Assembly (NCBI RefSeq): GCF_009834535.1
Contig: NC_045696.1
Location: 54,934,001-54,998,000 of the forward strand
Length of the DNA stretch: 64,000 nt
From: Camelus ferus
Taxonomy: Eukaryota
Direction: 5' to 3'
The position numbers were made by a program, and so were the translations under genes. This document shows, one piece after another, positions 49,582 to 63,089 of this stretch. The notes under the pieces are model-generated. The model ran no database searches, was not told the DNA's origin, and saw nothing but the letters and a program-made list of their open reading frames with translations. Position 1 is the first letter of the stretch, and the number at the start of each line of letters is the position of its first letter.

Positions 49582-51660
49582 CAGTCTTACTATATAATCC
49601 AACAATCATGCTCCTAAGGCTTTCTCAAAATGAATGGAAAATTTAATTCCACACAAGAACCTGAACACAGATGTTCATAGCAGTGTATTCATAATTGCAA
49701 AAAAACTAGAAGCAATCAAGATTATCTTCAGTAGGCACATGGATAAACTGGTATATCCATACAGTAACATAATGTTCAATGATACAAAAAAAAAAAAAAC
49801 CAAACCTATTAATTCATGGGATAATATGGATGAACCTTAAATGAATATTGCTAAGTGAATTAAGACAGTCAGAAAAGGCCTTATACTGTATGATTCCAAT
49901 TATATGATATTTTGGAAAAGACAAACTATGGAAACAATAAAAAATGTCAATGATAGCTGGGGGATTTATTAAACAAGGGAAGTTTCCTCCCCACCCACCA
50001 GAGGTGAAACTATTCTGAATGTTATTATAATGGTCTGTATATGATATTATACATATGTCAAAATCCATAGAACTTTACTGCACAAAGAGTAAGATTTAAT
50101 GTAAGTAATAAAAGAAACAAACAGAAAACTTCTGGTCAGGGAATCCTAGCATGGACTGCAGACTGACAAAAGTAACTGTATTACAAATACAGGAAACAAG
50201 CCAACAAGCTCACTGAAGGGGCTGGGAGAAAGAGGTATGGCCTAAGTAACTTTGGAAATAACTGGGATCTGTCAACTCAAGGAAAAAACGACGACAACAA
50301 AAACAACAACAAAAACCCACTGCCAATAAGCATTGTATTCCTGTTTATAAAGCTGTTTTCCTTGGGTTTACAACTTTCTCATTAAACTCTCAACTCAGTG
50401 GGAGTTTACAGATAAAGCAAGAGGAGGAAGCTGGATGCAGTAATTGATTAAGTTGGAGACATCAGTATGAACTAATAAATACAGATGATTACATATAGAG
50501 ATACTTATGGTTATGTGTATATAAGTGTTAATATAGCCATATGTATTTCCTTGATCTATTAGCTGAGAGGGTTCAGAAGGAATAACACCCCGGTAGCAAT
50601 GAGCACAACTTGTGCTCAGATCTTGGTTTCTAATGTCATTCTCCAATGAAGGGAACCTGAGCTCCTTGGAGAAATGGCTGATTCTAGGACTGGGGCAAGT
50701 AATATACAAGATGATTCTAGAGCATATTGTTGTGCCAAAAAATAAGGAAGTCCTCAACAACATAAATAAATCTCTTACAAATTTTGGTGTATTTCAGAAG
50801 GACACAGAAGCCGACTGAACGACCACTGAATGGCCAAACCAAGGGTCATGTGAGCAAGAGTACAAGTAAAACAGTATCAGACTATAACCCAATATGTCAA
50901 ATAAATATTGATGAGTTTACACTAATATAAATGATTGAATAAATAAATAGAAGAGAAAAGACAAACCTCCCCAAAATAATTTATATGAATATTCCACTCT
51001 CAAGGAAATGGAGAGTATCTCTCCTTTCTAAGTGTGGGCAGTACATAATGTCTTCCTTTTAAAAAGAACAGTATGAAAGGGGGGGGGGGGGACGAGTGAA
51101 TTTATAGCGAGAGATCCACCTCAGCCAGGTGAATAAGGTCAGCATAAATAGTAACAAGTAATGTTGATAGTATATATCCTTGATATGATGCTTTTAAAAT
51201 GGCACTTTACCTCTGTGGTCTTCCTCCCCAAAATATATCAATATAGCCTAATCATGAGAAAATCATGAGAAAAATCCCAATAGAGGGACTTTCTATAAAA
51301 TATCTGTGTAGTACTTTTCAAAACAATCAAGGTTATCACAAACAAGGACAATATGAGAAACTATCACAGCCAAGAGGGTTCTAAAGAAAAATGACCACTA
51401 AGTGTAATGTGGTATCCTGGATGGGATTCTAGAACAGTAAAAGAATATTAGATTAAAACTAAGGAAATATGAATAAAGTAGAGATTTCCATTAATAATAT
51501 CAGTATTGGTTCATTCATGGTAAAAATTTACCATATTAACTCAAGACATCAATAATAAAGGAAGGTGAGTGCAGGTTTATTGGCACTCTCTGTACAACCT
51601 TTGCAATTTTTCTGCAAATGTAAAACTGTCCTTAACAATAAAATTCTTTTTTTTAAAAAG
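49582..51660 (+). mobile_element. L1 (L1MC/L1MD-like) ORF2 end and long 3'UTR
   Basis: 'tatataatccaacaatcatgctccta', 'tactgtatgattccaattatatgatattttggaaaagacaaactatgga', 'taagtgtaatgtggtatcctggatgggattctagaacag', ending 'gtaaaactgtccttaacaataaaatt'. Confidence 0.85.
51079..51091 (+). repeat. Poly(G)13 run inside the L1 3'UTR
   Basis: aaa-G13-acgag. Confidence 0.9.
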
Positions 51661-51899
51661 AGTAAGAAATAGCTATATGTTGTATGGAGTCATGTTCAGG
51701 AAATATTAATTAAGAAAGCAAGGTATAGAAAAGTGTGCATAATATACTATGTTTGATAAAGAAGATCAGAGAAAATACATGCACATGCATGTGTGTATGT
51801 GTTTGTGAATATATAGAATTTTTCATAAAGAAACAATGGGATGTGAAATCAAGAACTAGTAAAAATGGTAACATTCAGAGAAAGGACAGAATGGGAGAG

Positions 51900-54030
51900 G
51901 GTTTGGGGGGCAGTTATTGAAGTTAGACTTCTCTTCATCTCTGTTGTTTTGTACATTTAGCCTTGCAGGTATGCAAATATTTTACATAATTTTAAAATAG
52001 CAAAGTAATCCCTAAATTCAAAAACAAGCTGGAACAAAGAAGCCTAACTGTATGTCAAATTGTTGGCATAGCCATACAGAATACTATTTCCAGGGATGAG
52101 AAGTATGCAAGAGAAGGAATTTGAAACACACAGTATTTGGGCTGCACCTCCCTCAAGAGGAACTATTCTAAAAACAAAATAAGCACAAAGATACGTAAAC
52201 TGCATTCATTTATCTAATTATTGATAACAATATTTGTGTTGTTATTTTGAAACAGAGAGAGAGAAAGATGATGTTTTATAAGATTTAAAGATCTTTTCGT
52301 TTGTTGGTGGTACACACAAAAACAAAATAGATAAAAGGCAGACCTCTGTTATTTACAGCTCCAAACAAAAGAAGGCCAACACACAGGTCCACACAGGGGT
52401 TTGCACTAGGGTCAAGGAAACAGCGAGCTGGAGCTGGAGAAAGCAGCTTATGTATGGCAAGCGGGATGAGGTTAGCTAGGTTTCACAGGATTCCAGTGGA
52501 TTAGCTAATGTGAACAAATTCCTAGGTTCCTGGGCATAGGGATTCCCTTGTTTGATAGACAGCCCCAGGATGATTAAGGGCGGGTGCACAGCAACCTCAG
52601 AAAAGGGAATTGGTTGTGGTATGAACTCTATTAGCTACTCAAGAGGGGCAAATTACTGGCCTCCAAACAGGACCTCAATATTACAGATAGATATAGATAG
52701 AAAGAAAGATGATCGATAGATGAGGAGTGAACAAACACTATTAATATTATGAGGATCCAAGATTTTCAGAATAAGAGGAAAGATATACAAATATTATAGA
52801 AATTTAAATAGGGTTGAGTAACAATGTTTTCATTTGAATTAGTAAGATGAGCAGAAACTCAATTTATTTATTTTCCCTTTGTAGAAATTACATATTTTCT
52901 AGTTTTGTCCACTCAAAATGGGCTAAAAGCAATAGCAACTCAGTAGCAGTTAGTACCCTGAGTATTCATATTATTATCCCTAAATCCCATTTATAATTAA
53001 GAGGATCCAGGATTTCTAGGAAAAATAGCTGAATCCATGTTTGGATGCAGGAAATATAAATGTATGACTTGCTTATGATTTGCTTAAAAGCAAAGCATTA
53101 TCAAAGACTAGGAGGATCATTGTAAAGAGACACAGGAGTCAAATTTAAAGGACCTCAAATAACCAAAGATAAAATAATTTGATTTCCTAATTATGCTAAA
53201 AAATTTTATTGCTAACCACTGAAAGTAATCATTTTGAAAATTGATAAAGAAAAAATTCAAGCATCTATCCTGCCTTTCCCATATGGACAAAATTTCAGTG
53301 TAAACAAATAGTTGATCAAATATACCTCCTCTGTAGAAGAATCTCAGCTAATACATGCAGAAGAAATACGAAACTAAGAAATCACCATTTTATAAACCTT
53401 AATGAAATAATAGATTTAGATATTTACCAACAATAACTGCTTAAACCATCAGTAGAAACATTGTTGGAGAAATTTAAAGGAGGGAATAGACGAATAGGCC
53501 TGATCCTATAGGCCAATCTTAGCATAACTAAAAGTGCAACCACAAAATACCATGGGCCTCCATGTAATGCAATAGGAATAGCATTGTCATCATCAAGAAC
53601 AACCAATTAACCTGAACATCACCAAGCTTCTAGCTCTATTAGCTTACCGGAAATCTGATTATAGGATACAAAGTTATGTGAGAGTATGAGAAAATAACCA
53701 ATCAAATTCAAAATGGGGGAAATTCTACAAAGTGACTCTATTTTTTAACAGCATAAAGGAGGTGGAATAAAAGTAAGCTGAATTATTATTGATTAAAAGA
53801 AACATAACAGATATGCCAATCAAACATAAACTTGTGAACCATTTGATACTAATTCACACAAACCAATTATTTAGGCATTTCTGAAATAATTTGGAAAAAG
53901 TCAACATAATTGACAGCTAGATAAGATTAAATAAATTTAAAATGTTAGTGTAATATTAGTATCACAGTTATAACAGTTACGATTTTTAAGTTCATATCTG
54001 TTAGAAATACTGAAGAATTTATCTGTTAAA
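51900..54030 (+). mobile_element. Old L1 (L1ME-like) 3'UTR, interrupted by an LTR
   Basis: 'atttcagtgtaaacaaatagttgat', 'gaatctcagctaatacatgcagaagaaat', 'catcatcaagaac...gaaattctacaa'. Confidence 0.55.
52302..52684 (-). mobile_element. ERVL-class LTR remnant
   Basis: A GC-richer block beginning 'tgttggtggtac', with 'gcttatgtatggcaagcgggatgaggttagctagg...ggattagctaatgtgaacaaattcc', inside AT-rich L1. Confidence 0.5.
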
Positions 54031-54171
54031 CTCAAAAGAGTTTCACATTTTATTTATATATAAAGACTGGTCCATTGTATTAAAACAAAAAGCAAACAAA
54101 AAATATCAAAAAACAACCAAAGAAAAACTCTAAAGAAAGAGTGGGAGATGATATAGACAAATAGAAGATGG

Positions 54172-54222
54172 TAGATAGATGATAAAGAGATAGAGAAATA
54201 GAGAGATAGATAGATAGATAGA
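54172..54222. repeat. Imperfect (GATA)n microsatellite
   Basis: tagatagatgataaagagatagagaaatagagagatagatagatagataga. Confidence 0.8.
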
Positions 54223-54650
54223 GTTTAATACCATATAGTGATCTACAGCAAGAATATTCAGATAGTCACTCAGAGCAAAAATGGTAGAATGTTAACTATT
54301 CAAGCTGTGTGAAGTTTATATCGAAATTCTTTATGTTGTATTCTCAAGTTTCATAAATGTCCACATACAAACTTCTGAAGAGTTTTTAAGGTTATTTCAC
54401 TGTCTGCATGAGTGGTTAAAAAAGGAACAATATGGATACACTTACCTTGGAATACCATTTTAGTAAAAAAAATTCTTAAAATAACAACTTTTCTTATCCA
54501 ACACTAATCTTATATATGCAAAACAAATAAATGGAATAAACAATAAATATATTTAAAAAAAAATCTTCCCATTGCTTGCACATGTCCCAAAAATCTACTC
54601 CGTATTCTTCCATATTGCCACAGAGACAAAACTTCCATGTAACAAACTTC

Positions 54651-55065
54651 TGTGTTAGTCAGTATTGCTAGGTTAGGCTGTGTAAAAAATACCCTCCCCC
54701 CTCCCCATTTCAGTGAATTACAACTGAGTTTTACTTCTTTCTCACATTACATTTAGGTTGCTGATCAGCTGCAGTTATGTTCTATGCTAGCATTCAGTTC
54801 AGATATGTTTCACAAGTCTTCATTCTAGGGTGTGGCAGAAGCTGCATCTCCTATTTGAACCACATTATTCTCATAGCTGAAGGAGAAACCACAAGGGGCT
54901 TAACTGAATCATACAACTTTCTTTAAAACAGCTGCTTGATAATTAGATAGCATATCATCTCAATTCCACTAGTTAAAATAAGTAATGAGGGTGGCACAGC
55001 CTGAGAATAGGGTAAGGAAATATATTTCATCCACATTTGAGGATGAGATACAATAGTACAATCTA
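54651..55065 (-). mobile_element. MaLR LTR (MLT1I/J-like)
   Basis: 'tgtgttagtcagtattgctaggttaggctgtgtaaaaaataccc...tttcagtgaattacaac'. Confidence 0.65.
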
Positions 55066-56194
55066 TCACAGAGAATTTTCCACAGAAAACATCCTTTCCT
55101 CTATGCTATGATCCACCAAAGTGTTCTTAGCCAACAAAAATCTAGGCTCTTGGATGTTAAAGCAATTTAGATTCACCTGCAGGCTTGGTTCCTCTGGGCA
55201 AAAGCTTAATCTGAAGATGGCAGGGCTGGGAAAGTTCTTTTTCCACTGTCTCAGGAATTTAGAAGCACATTTCACCTTTAACAACCAACTTAGTGCTCAG
55301 ATAAGCCCACTGATCCAGCGTATTTAAGCCTTCATGGTAATGTTATTTCAGGAAGATTAGCTATTCCTGGTCACTAGAATCTGGACAGGTCACTCTTGAC
55401 CACATTGATACCTTTAAGTAACTTAAATCTTGAGGAAGGAAAGCATTTCTCAATACCAGGGAGTCCCTGGTTTTGTTTTGTTTTATTTTTTAACATAAAA
55501 TGTTTCACACACTCCTCCCTTCCCCCCACCAACAAGCACCCTTCATGCTGAATACATCTTCTTAAGTCCAAAAATAATTTAACTTTCTCCTTACTAAATT
55601 CATTAACCTAATAAAAACAAAGCAAAAACTTCAACATTAACAGTATGAGATATTAAATTCAAATAAAAATTTAAAAAGAACAAATGGGGTTATTTTATAT
55701 TAATAAAACATAACCTTCAGAATAAAAGAATTACAGAATTTTAGGTGTTGAATGACAGAATAAAATATATAAAGCAAAAATGTTAGAGATACAATAACAT
55801 TGTGGGATATCTTAATGGAACTACATATTTTTGCTAGATCAATGGAAAAAATGTACTGAAAAAGGTTGACAAGTTGAAAATATTATTATGAAAGTTATTA
55901 TGACATACATTTGGATTTTTAATCCTATAAACAGATTGTAGACTTTCTTTCCAAGAATCCATGGAACATTTACAATAATTGACAAGGGCCTAAGCCCTCT
56001 CATTGAAAACAAGAAGAAAACAAACATTTCTTTCTTTAACTGCTACACAATTGTTAGAAATAATAAATATGTTTAAAATTCAAATTAATGGTATTCTAAA
56101 ACTCTTCAAAATTACTATTGAATCAAAGAGGAAAACAAAATCATAAACTATTTACGGAATAGTAAAAATGAGAACATCACTTATTACAATAAGG

Positions 56195-56660
56195 GTATGG
56201 CTCCAAAACTGATTTTGCCTATCTTCCTATTGATACAGAATGTCACAGAGTTGGAGACATTTTCCAACCTGTTTTGTAGTACAACTGGTTCCAACCTTCT
56301 TTGTAACTACAGTTGGCCATGTAGCAACGGTCTGGCCAATGGGATCTAGAGAAATAACTGGTGCAGCTTCCAGGTCAGCATCTTATAAACAAAGTCACTT
56401 ATTCTGGACTTTTTCTCTCTTTCTATTATGTAGACTAGATTTGAGAGTTGTGTTGTCTTGGTTCTGAAGATGCAGATGAAGACAGTACGGCAGGAATGAC
56501 GGAATGAGAAAATGAAAGAAACTTAAGTCCCATGAATGATAGCACTTAACGGCTTACTTATCTGGACTATTGTATTGAAGAGAAACACATTATCACCTGT
56601 TTGAGCCACTGTATTTTGGGATCTGTTTGTTACAGCAGCTTGGCCTGCCTCCTCACTGAG
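56195..56660 (+). mobile_element. MaLR LTR (MLT1J-like) inserted in an old L1 (~55600-56900)
   Basis: 'cagttggccatgtagcaacggtctggccaatggga...tttgagccactgtattttgggatctgtttgttacagcagc'. Confidence 0.7.
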
Positions 56661-57689
56661 AAGGCGTGTGGCTGAAACTATTGTTGCAATTGCATAGCAT
56701 GAAATTTCTTAACAATTAAGGAATAAGGAAAATGTCATGTATCAAATACAAGTAAGGATTTAATATTTTCAAAAGAATAGCTGAAAGAAGGAAAGATGAA
56801 GTCAGAGACTAATGAATTAAAAACAGAGAAGTAACAGAAATGTTAACAAATATAGTAAAAAAAGATAAACATCAAAAGTCAAATTAATATAGAACCTGTT
56901 AGGGGAGTTGCATGAGAAAAAAACTGTATTTTTTCAATGAGGAAATGATGAGAAAGATTAGAAGACCTGATGGAGTCAATAAGATGCAAACTAAACCCAA
57001 ATCAAATGTCATGCCCCTCAAAAAAAAGTGATACCTTCCTTTTTGAAGACTACACAGAACCACAAATTCTGCAATGGATGTTCAAAAAGCTCTACTCGAT
57101 GCAGCAGCTTGAAGGGCATCATAGTATCTTGATGAAGGCACATTAAACCTGAGATAGCTCTGGAGCTGTGAGCAGTAAACCCATACACACTAAACTCTGA
57201 TCATTTCAGTGGCCTAATGAGTCACTGTTCAGAGAAGCGAAAACATGCCAGTTCATAGACGGGGCCTCATGGACAACTCATTGCAATGCCAGGCCAAGTT
57301 AATCCTTAGGGAGACTGTCTGTTAATGCATAACAAGATCAGCATCAGAAGAATGTTGTTGTTTTCCGACACCATAACCATCTTTTACCATACGTTTAGCC
57401 TTAAGGGCCCTTTGCCCCTTCTGAATGACTCACGTTCATGACATACAAAGTAGTGCTTAGAAGAGAGTCACAAGGACACAGTGGGCACTCAAAGAATAAA
57501 CACCATGTCTTTGCTATCTCCTCCTCCAGCACATTTGAGAATGACCATCACACAACAGAAACAAAGCCTACACTACAATCTTGTAGACCACAACAGAGCT
57601 CTATCCTATCACAGGTAGAAAGGAATTTATCAGTCAAATTAAGACTGCAGAAGCTTTGCTAGGCATTCCGCTTGATTATGGAGAAATAC

Positions 57690-58330
57690 CAGCAAAATTC
57701 CGATAAAGAATGATCCTGGTAAGCTTCTGAAATTCCATCTCTGTCTGAATTCAAATATGTTGTAAGAAGAATTATTCCAGCCACAAGAAGGCCATAATGA
57801 GGATATCAACTACTTGGTGATGAAGCCATAAAGCTTGTGTCAGCATTTTATGAAATTACGAGATTAATCTTCTATGAAGAAATGACAGGATAGGTAGATG
57901 AAAGAGAGACAATGGAGCCCCTTTTGACTTTAGCAAAGCTTTACATTCTTTCCTTCATTACACCATTATCAATTTGATGAGAAATTATGGCCCAGACTGC
58001 CTAATTGCTAGTTGGAGGGTCATTCAGAATAAATTTCCTCCATAAGAGTAATGTTACCCAGAGGGGACATAGGAAGCAGTGTTCTGCCAGGGTGAATACT
58101 GGGACCAATTTTTTTTTTTTTTTTTAAAGTTCATCAGTGTCCTCGGTAATGGGATAAAAACGTAGGTTGGTAGAGATATTTAGCAACATTCCGGTTAAGA
58201 TGAGAATTCAAAATGACACTGGCAATAAACACAATGGATTTCCACATGTATGAGGCAAGGCTATTCTTTTAAAAGGAAAAATTGCATGGATCTCAAATAG
58301 GGAATCAGTGGTTATGGATAAGAGGACTAG
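57690..58330 (+). mobile_element. L3/CR1 LINE reverse-transcriptase fossil
   Basis: Hand translation gives KNDPGK; LIFYEEMTG*VDE (from 57864); DFSKALHSFLHYTIINLMRNYGPD (from 57926); SSVLPG*ILGPIFF; RIQND. These are collinear with CR1 RT motifs (DPGNY, VD.G, LDFSKAFD, GVPQGS.LGP.LF, IQ.DL). Confidence 0.78.
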
Positions 58331-59059
58331 AAAATGTTCCCTGACCACAGCAGAGCATGAGCAGAGCAGAAATTAACAAGCTGTGCAGAGGAGGTGAGCT
58401 TTAGCACCGTGCCCACCAGCCAGGCAATGGGCTGTGCATGAAAGAACACAGGAGAATCAGGTGTGCCTTTAAAATATATGGCAAAAGGGAAACATAGAAG
58501 TGACCATAAAACTAAAAGAGTCCCAAAGAATGTTTCTGTCTAAGAAGTAGTATATTTCACTCACATACAAAATAGTCTGCTCTGCAAATGATTCAGGAAC
58601 CACCAGTCATCGGAGCCCCCCAGGTGAGCCTCAAGTTGATCTGCTCTGGTATTAATATGTATTACATGATAATAGCTGTTCTTTTGATGTTGACGGAAAC
58701 AGTAATTTAAAGCTGCACCAGCCTTCCCAGTAATTCAGGTGGGTCAAGAGGGAGAAACTTGGAGTGTTAGCCCACTGAGTTTTGTATTGATATGCTTTCC
58801 TGACATCCAGACACAACAAAAGTATGCAAAACAACAGAATATCAAACAAACTATAATTTTGCTTAGAAATATTATAAGGTTCACTTTTCCAAGAAGATTG
58901 TTTTAGGGGAAGGTGAGCAATATAATACTATTTGTGTTGTAAAATCACTATGCTGCTACAAATCCTTAGGAGGTTTGAAAAATTCCTCTCAAAATTTATA
59001 ATTAATAATCCCATGATTATTTTCATTTACCCACTATATCCTCGAGAATCACATAAGCC

Positions 59060-59860
59060 AAACTTTGCCCCTGGTGCGTGTAGGATCATGGAGTAGACAA
59101 AGGAGAGGTTAAGACAGTTCCTGTTTTTAAGGCACATGCAGTTTAGAGACACAAATGCATAAAAAAATTAACAATACTTGTTTATGATAGGATACAAATA
59201 AGTAGTTTTCAAAATGAGAACCATAGAAATGTGATATTTGGGCTTGAAATACACTGAGGAATTACAGAAATAATGGGAGTAAAATGGAATAAAGATGACC
59301 AAAGGGACAGAAGTCGAGTTACTGCCAGGGTTACCACCCATGGAACAACTGTTCTCGACAAAACACTCATGTAGGCAGCAGTAGAAGTCTTCACAAAGAA
59401 GGTGGAACTCAACTGGGAAAGAAGGTGAATGACAAATAAGGCAGTCTGACCTCAATTCTGTAACTAATGTGGAGATAATGAACACTCCTGCCCTCAATAT
59501 AATCAAAGACATGTTTTAAGAAGATCAATACATTAGTGATGAGAAGGCAGGAGCACCAGGAGAGAAATACTGGGTAAGTCATTGCAGCGTTAGAGGCATG
59601 AGATGTTGTAGATCAAAGGGGAAGAAGGCCAGAGTGGAAAAGATGAAAATAGAAGAAATTTTTATGAGAAGGAATCTAAAGTAAACATGGAGAGAGACAG
59701 AGGACTACTAAGATCATAGCTCCAAAGTTTGCATTCTAGTTTCAAGGAACAATGTTGACTCTATGAACAAGAATGGAAGAGCAAGAAGAAACTGGTTACA
59801 GGAAGATTAATTAATGGCTTTGAGCAAATAAAGTTTTAAAAGGCAGAAAGATATTCATGT
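59060..59860 (-). mobile_element. L2 fragments
   Basis: 'aagacagttcctgtttttaaggcacatgcagtttag', 'cattgcagcgttagaggcatgagatg'. Confidence 0.55.
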
Positions 59861-59899
59861 GAAATGCCTCCTACTGGATCTTTCTTCCTGCCTTCCTCC

Positions 59900-60910
59900 T
59901 CAGCAATGATTCCAACTTTCTCACCAATGTGATATCCTTGCCGCTCCTCTCATTCTTTATTCTTTCTCTGAGTAACTTCTCCACTCTCAAAGTTTCACTA
60001 TCAATTCGTGCTGATGTCTCCCAAAGGTCTATCTCCAGCCCGTCTCTCTCCTAAACTCCAGACTAACTGTGCTGGTCTCTACTTAATACTTCCACCTGCA
60101 TGAACAAGAGCCAACACATACAAAATGGAATCTATCCTTCCATCCAATCCTACCCTTTTTCTTAGTTAACAGCATCACTCTCTGTGATGCCCAAGCTAAA
60201 AATTTAAGTAGTTCTTGACATCTTCCATTTCTCAACCACCATCATTTGTCCCTGAATATGTAAAATTCTCCTTGCTTTTCAAAATCATGTGGATACTATT
60301 GAAAGGCTCTTAAAACTATTTCCTTTGTTCCAGCCCCCACATTTCACTTGCCTATCTGTTCTATCCTTATTATTTTCCTGGCATTATTGCAACAGATCTA
60401 ATTTCTAAAATCTACCTTCATTCCAAACTTTTCCCCAAACTGTATTTTTACAATACTACTATCAATGACTTTCTCAGACACTATATGACAGCCCCTAAAC
60501 CTAGCACTGACTTCTTCAAGCCTGACTCCAGGCTACTTTGTGACCCATTTCCAGCAATGGGTCTGGCCACACTGGATTCTTCACTGACCCTCAAACACAC
60601 TACAGAATTCAGTGCACAGATGCTCTGTCTATACTGTTCTTCTAGACTATTAAGCTCTTCTTCCACTCCTGTTTACCACTTAAGTCCTATTCATCCCTCA
60701 AGACCTGGCAAAAGTCACATTTTTCAAAGCCTCTCTTTGCCCCAGTTGAAAGAACTGAAATTCTCACCATTTTGTAGAAATAATTTTGCCACTCATGGTA
60801 GTACACTGTGGCTATTTATGTAGGTATCCGGTTTTGCTACTAAAATTCTTATGAAGAGGATCTAGGTTTTATTCATTTTGCAATCCCCAGCAGCCAGCAC
60901 AATATGAAAC
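59900..60910 (+). mobile_element. L2 fragment
   Basis: 'gctgatgtctcccaaaggtctatctccagcccgtctctctcctaaactccagac', and 3' part 'ttattcattttgcaatccccagcagccagcacaat'. Confidence 0.72.
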
Positions 60911-61811
60911 GCGGATGAGGATTTATGTTCCCAGAAGTCAGTTTGAATGGCGCTGACTTGAAGACATCTGTGAGTAGTGAGAAATATTGTAATGAAGTTT
61001 ATAGAAAGGGTCTGGAATGAAGATACTAGCTAAAGTCATTAGAATATCCATGTTTTCCAAGTTTCTTGTAAAGAGAGTGTTAACTCATAGTGGATGATAA
61101 CATGGAGGTGAGAGGAAGGGAAATATGTAAAGGGAACCCAGTGAAGATTACAGAACAGAAGCAGTTAGGGAAGTAAAATGAGCACCAGAAATTTAAAAAT
61201 GTCACTGAATGCAGTTCACTGGAAAGCAGACTCAGAAAGAAGGTTTAGAATCATTTCTTTTTTGCCAAGTCCTGAAACCCAGATCATCCTGTTCTAAAGG
61301 ATAATTTTCTCCTCCCTCTCAAATGAAGATATGTAAATGGCACTCAGATGTTTTAGAATTATCATCCTTTTAATTATTTCCTTAATGTAATCTTTAGTAG
61401 ACTGTAAATAACATAAATTGACTTTCCATTTGCTCACTTGTATACTAAGTTGGCTGTTATCTCAAGTACCTCATGATGGGTAGCATTGTATTTGTACCAT
61501 GTTTGCTTGTTGATGGTTGATAAACTTACTCATTTGTTAATAAATGGGTCTTTCACCTAATTGATAATATCTTTATCCCATTAAAATTTGGATCAGAAGA
61601 CAAATTCCTTTTGAGTTTAAATTTTACTTTCATTGTTTTTGTTATCTACACAATGATATGTGCAGTAAACAGAATACAGGTTGAAAAAATGTTCTAATAA
61701 TTTTTCTGCAATTTGCCTTCTCTACATCATACTCTCAAATTTTTGTGGGTCCTGTTTAACATTAACAGTTCTTTTATTTTTCAGGTTGGCACTCAAAAAT
61801 TTTGGTTCTGC

Positions 61812-61926
61812 TTTTTTTTTTTTTTAATTGAAGTATAGTCAACTATAATGTATCAATTTCTGGCATACAGCACAATGTTCCAGTCATGCAGATACATATA
61901 TTCGTTTTCATATTCTTTTTCATTAT
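61812..61926 (-). mobile_element. Very short L1 3' end
   Basis: T14 run, then 'aattgaagtatagtcaactataatgtatcaatttctggcatacagcacaatgttccagtcatgc...ttcatattctttttcattat'. Possible TSD ttctg(c/a)tt. Confidence 0.85.
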
Positions 61927-63089
61927 TTCTGATTCCAGTTAATATGTAAAAGTGTCAGAAATTATATTCTAGGACAAACTTAGTGTATTGCCTGACTTTG
62001 GCCCTGACATATATTCCAGTCATTCTTCATAAAGTCAACTTTAAAATCCCATGCTCCTTATTTTCTTTAATAACCAAGTAAAGTTTGTAAGCTGAGATGG
62101 CTTCTAGAGATTGTTCTGAGGAGATCTTAGTCAGGAAGTGATTTACTTCAGAAGGAGCTCATGAGTTCTTCAGTCTTCAGATCACTTCCCTCTAGTCCCC
62201 AAATTGAGAAATAGTGGCCTCTGTTATGACTCACCTGATTGTCCCACAACAGTGATCCATCTGGAAGATAAGATGCCCATTCTAAACCTCTGGGTGAAAC
62301 CTGCCAGCCAATCTGTCAATGAACCATTCTTGAGAAATTTCTGAACACAGCCCATCCCCAGTCTTATCCCTGCAGAAATTTCTCCTCTTCAAATGTCAGT
62401 AATAAGATGTGTGTTGTAGAGTTATGACTGTGCCAGGTTCTTCTGATTTTCCTTCTCTCTAGTTCTCTCTGTTTGAAATACCCTTTCCCCTTTGTTTAAC
62501 TATTCATCTTTAAAAGCTCTGTTGTAAATCCCCTGTACGTCTTTAAGAGAGAAAGAAAAGACAGAAGAACAAATAGACAAAACAATTGAATGAACTGAAA
62601 ATAATATCATACATGAGCTGATACCAAACACTCTGGGGTAGAAAATTTCACATTTTTTATAAATATATTTTTAACCATTCTTTACTTACTTCTTACAGAC
62701 TCCTAAATGATTTTAATATTCAATGAAAAAACTGTTCTGATACAGATATTCATGGTAATGAGCATTACATTTTATATAACTACTTTGGAAGAGCACTCTG
62801 TTAAACCAAAGGAACTAAAAATTCAGCAGTTCTCAAATAGTAATAATAACCATATTCTTCTCTCATATTAAATAAAATCTTTCCCACTTATCTTTCATTG
62901 AATACCATCAATCCAAATTCTAAATGTCTTAGAGATACTGTCAACTGATTCCAATTCACCCATGCACATATTTTACTCAGATGTCAAGTCATGCTAATGT
63001 TTTTCGATTTCATTATTTTTTTAATTGCAATAAATTATGAGTTTGTAGGATGATTTGGTAACAGTGCCTTTTGGCCTCTCACCACTCCT

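Noticed and set aside
48340..58330. The two CR1 fossils as halves of one element pushed apart by later insertions
   Set aside because: Both cover the same RT segment (DP.NY to VT..D), so they overlap rather than continue each other.
62699..62754. Exon after the strong acceptor ttacttacttcttacag
   Set aside because: Stops in all three frames, a weak donor (ATG|GTAATG), and no other support.
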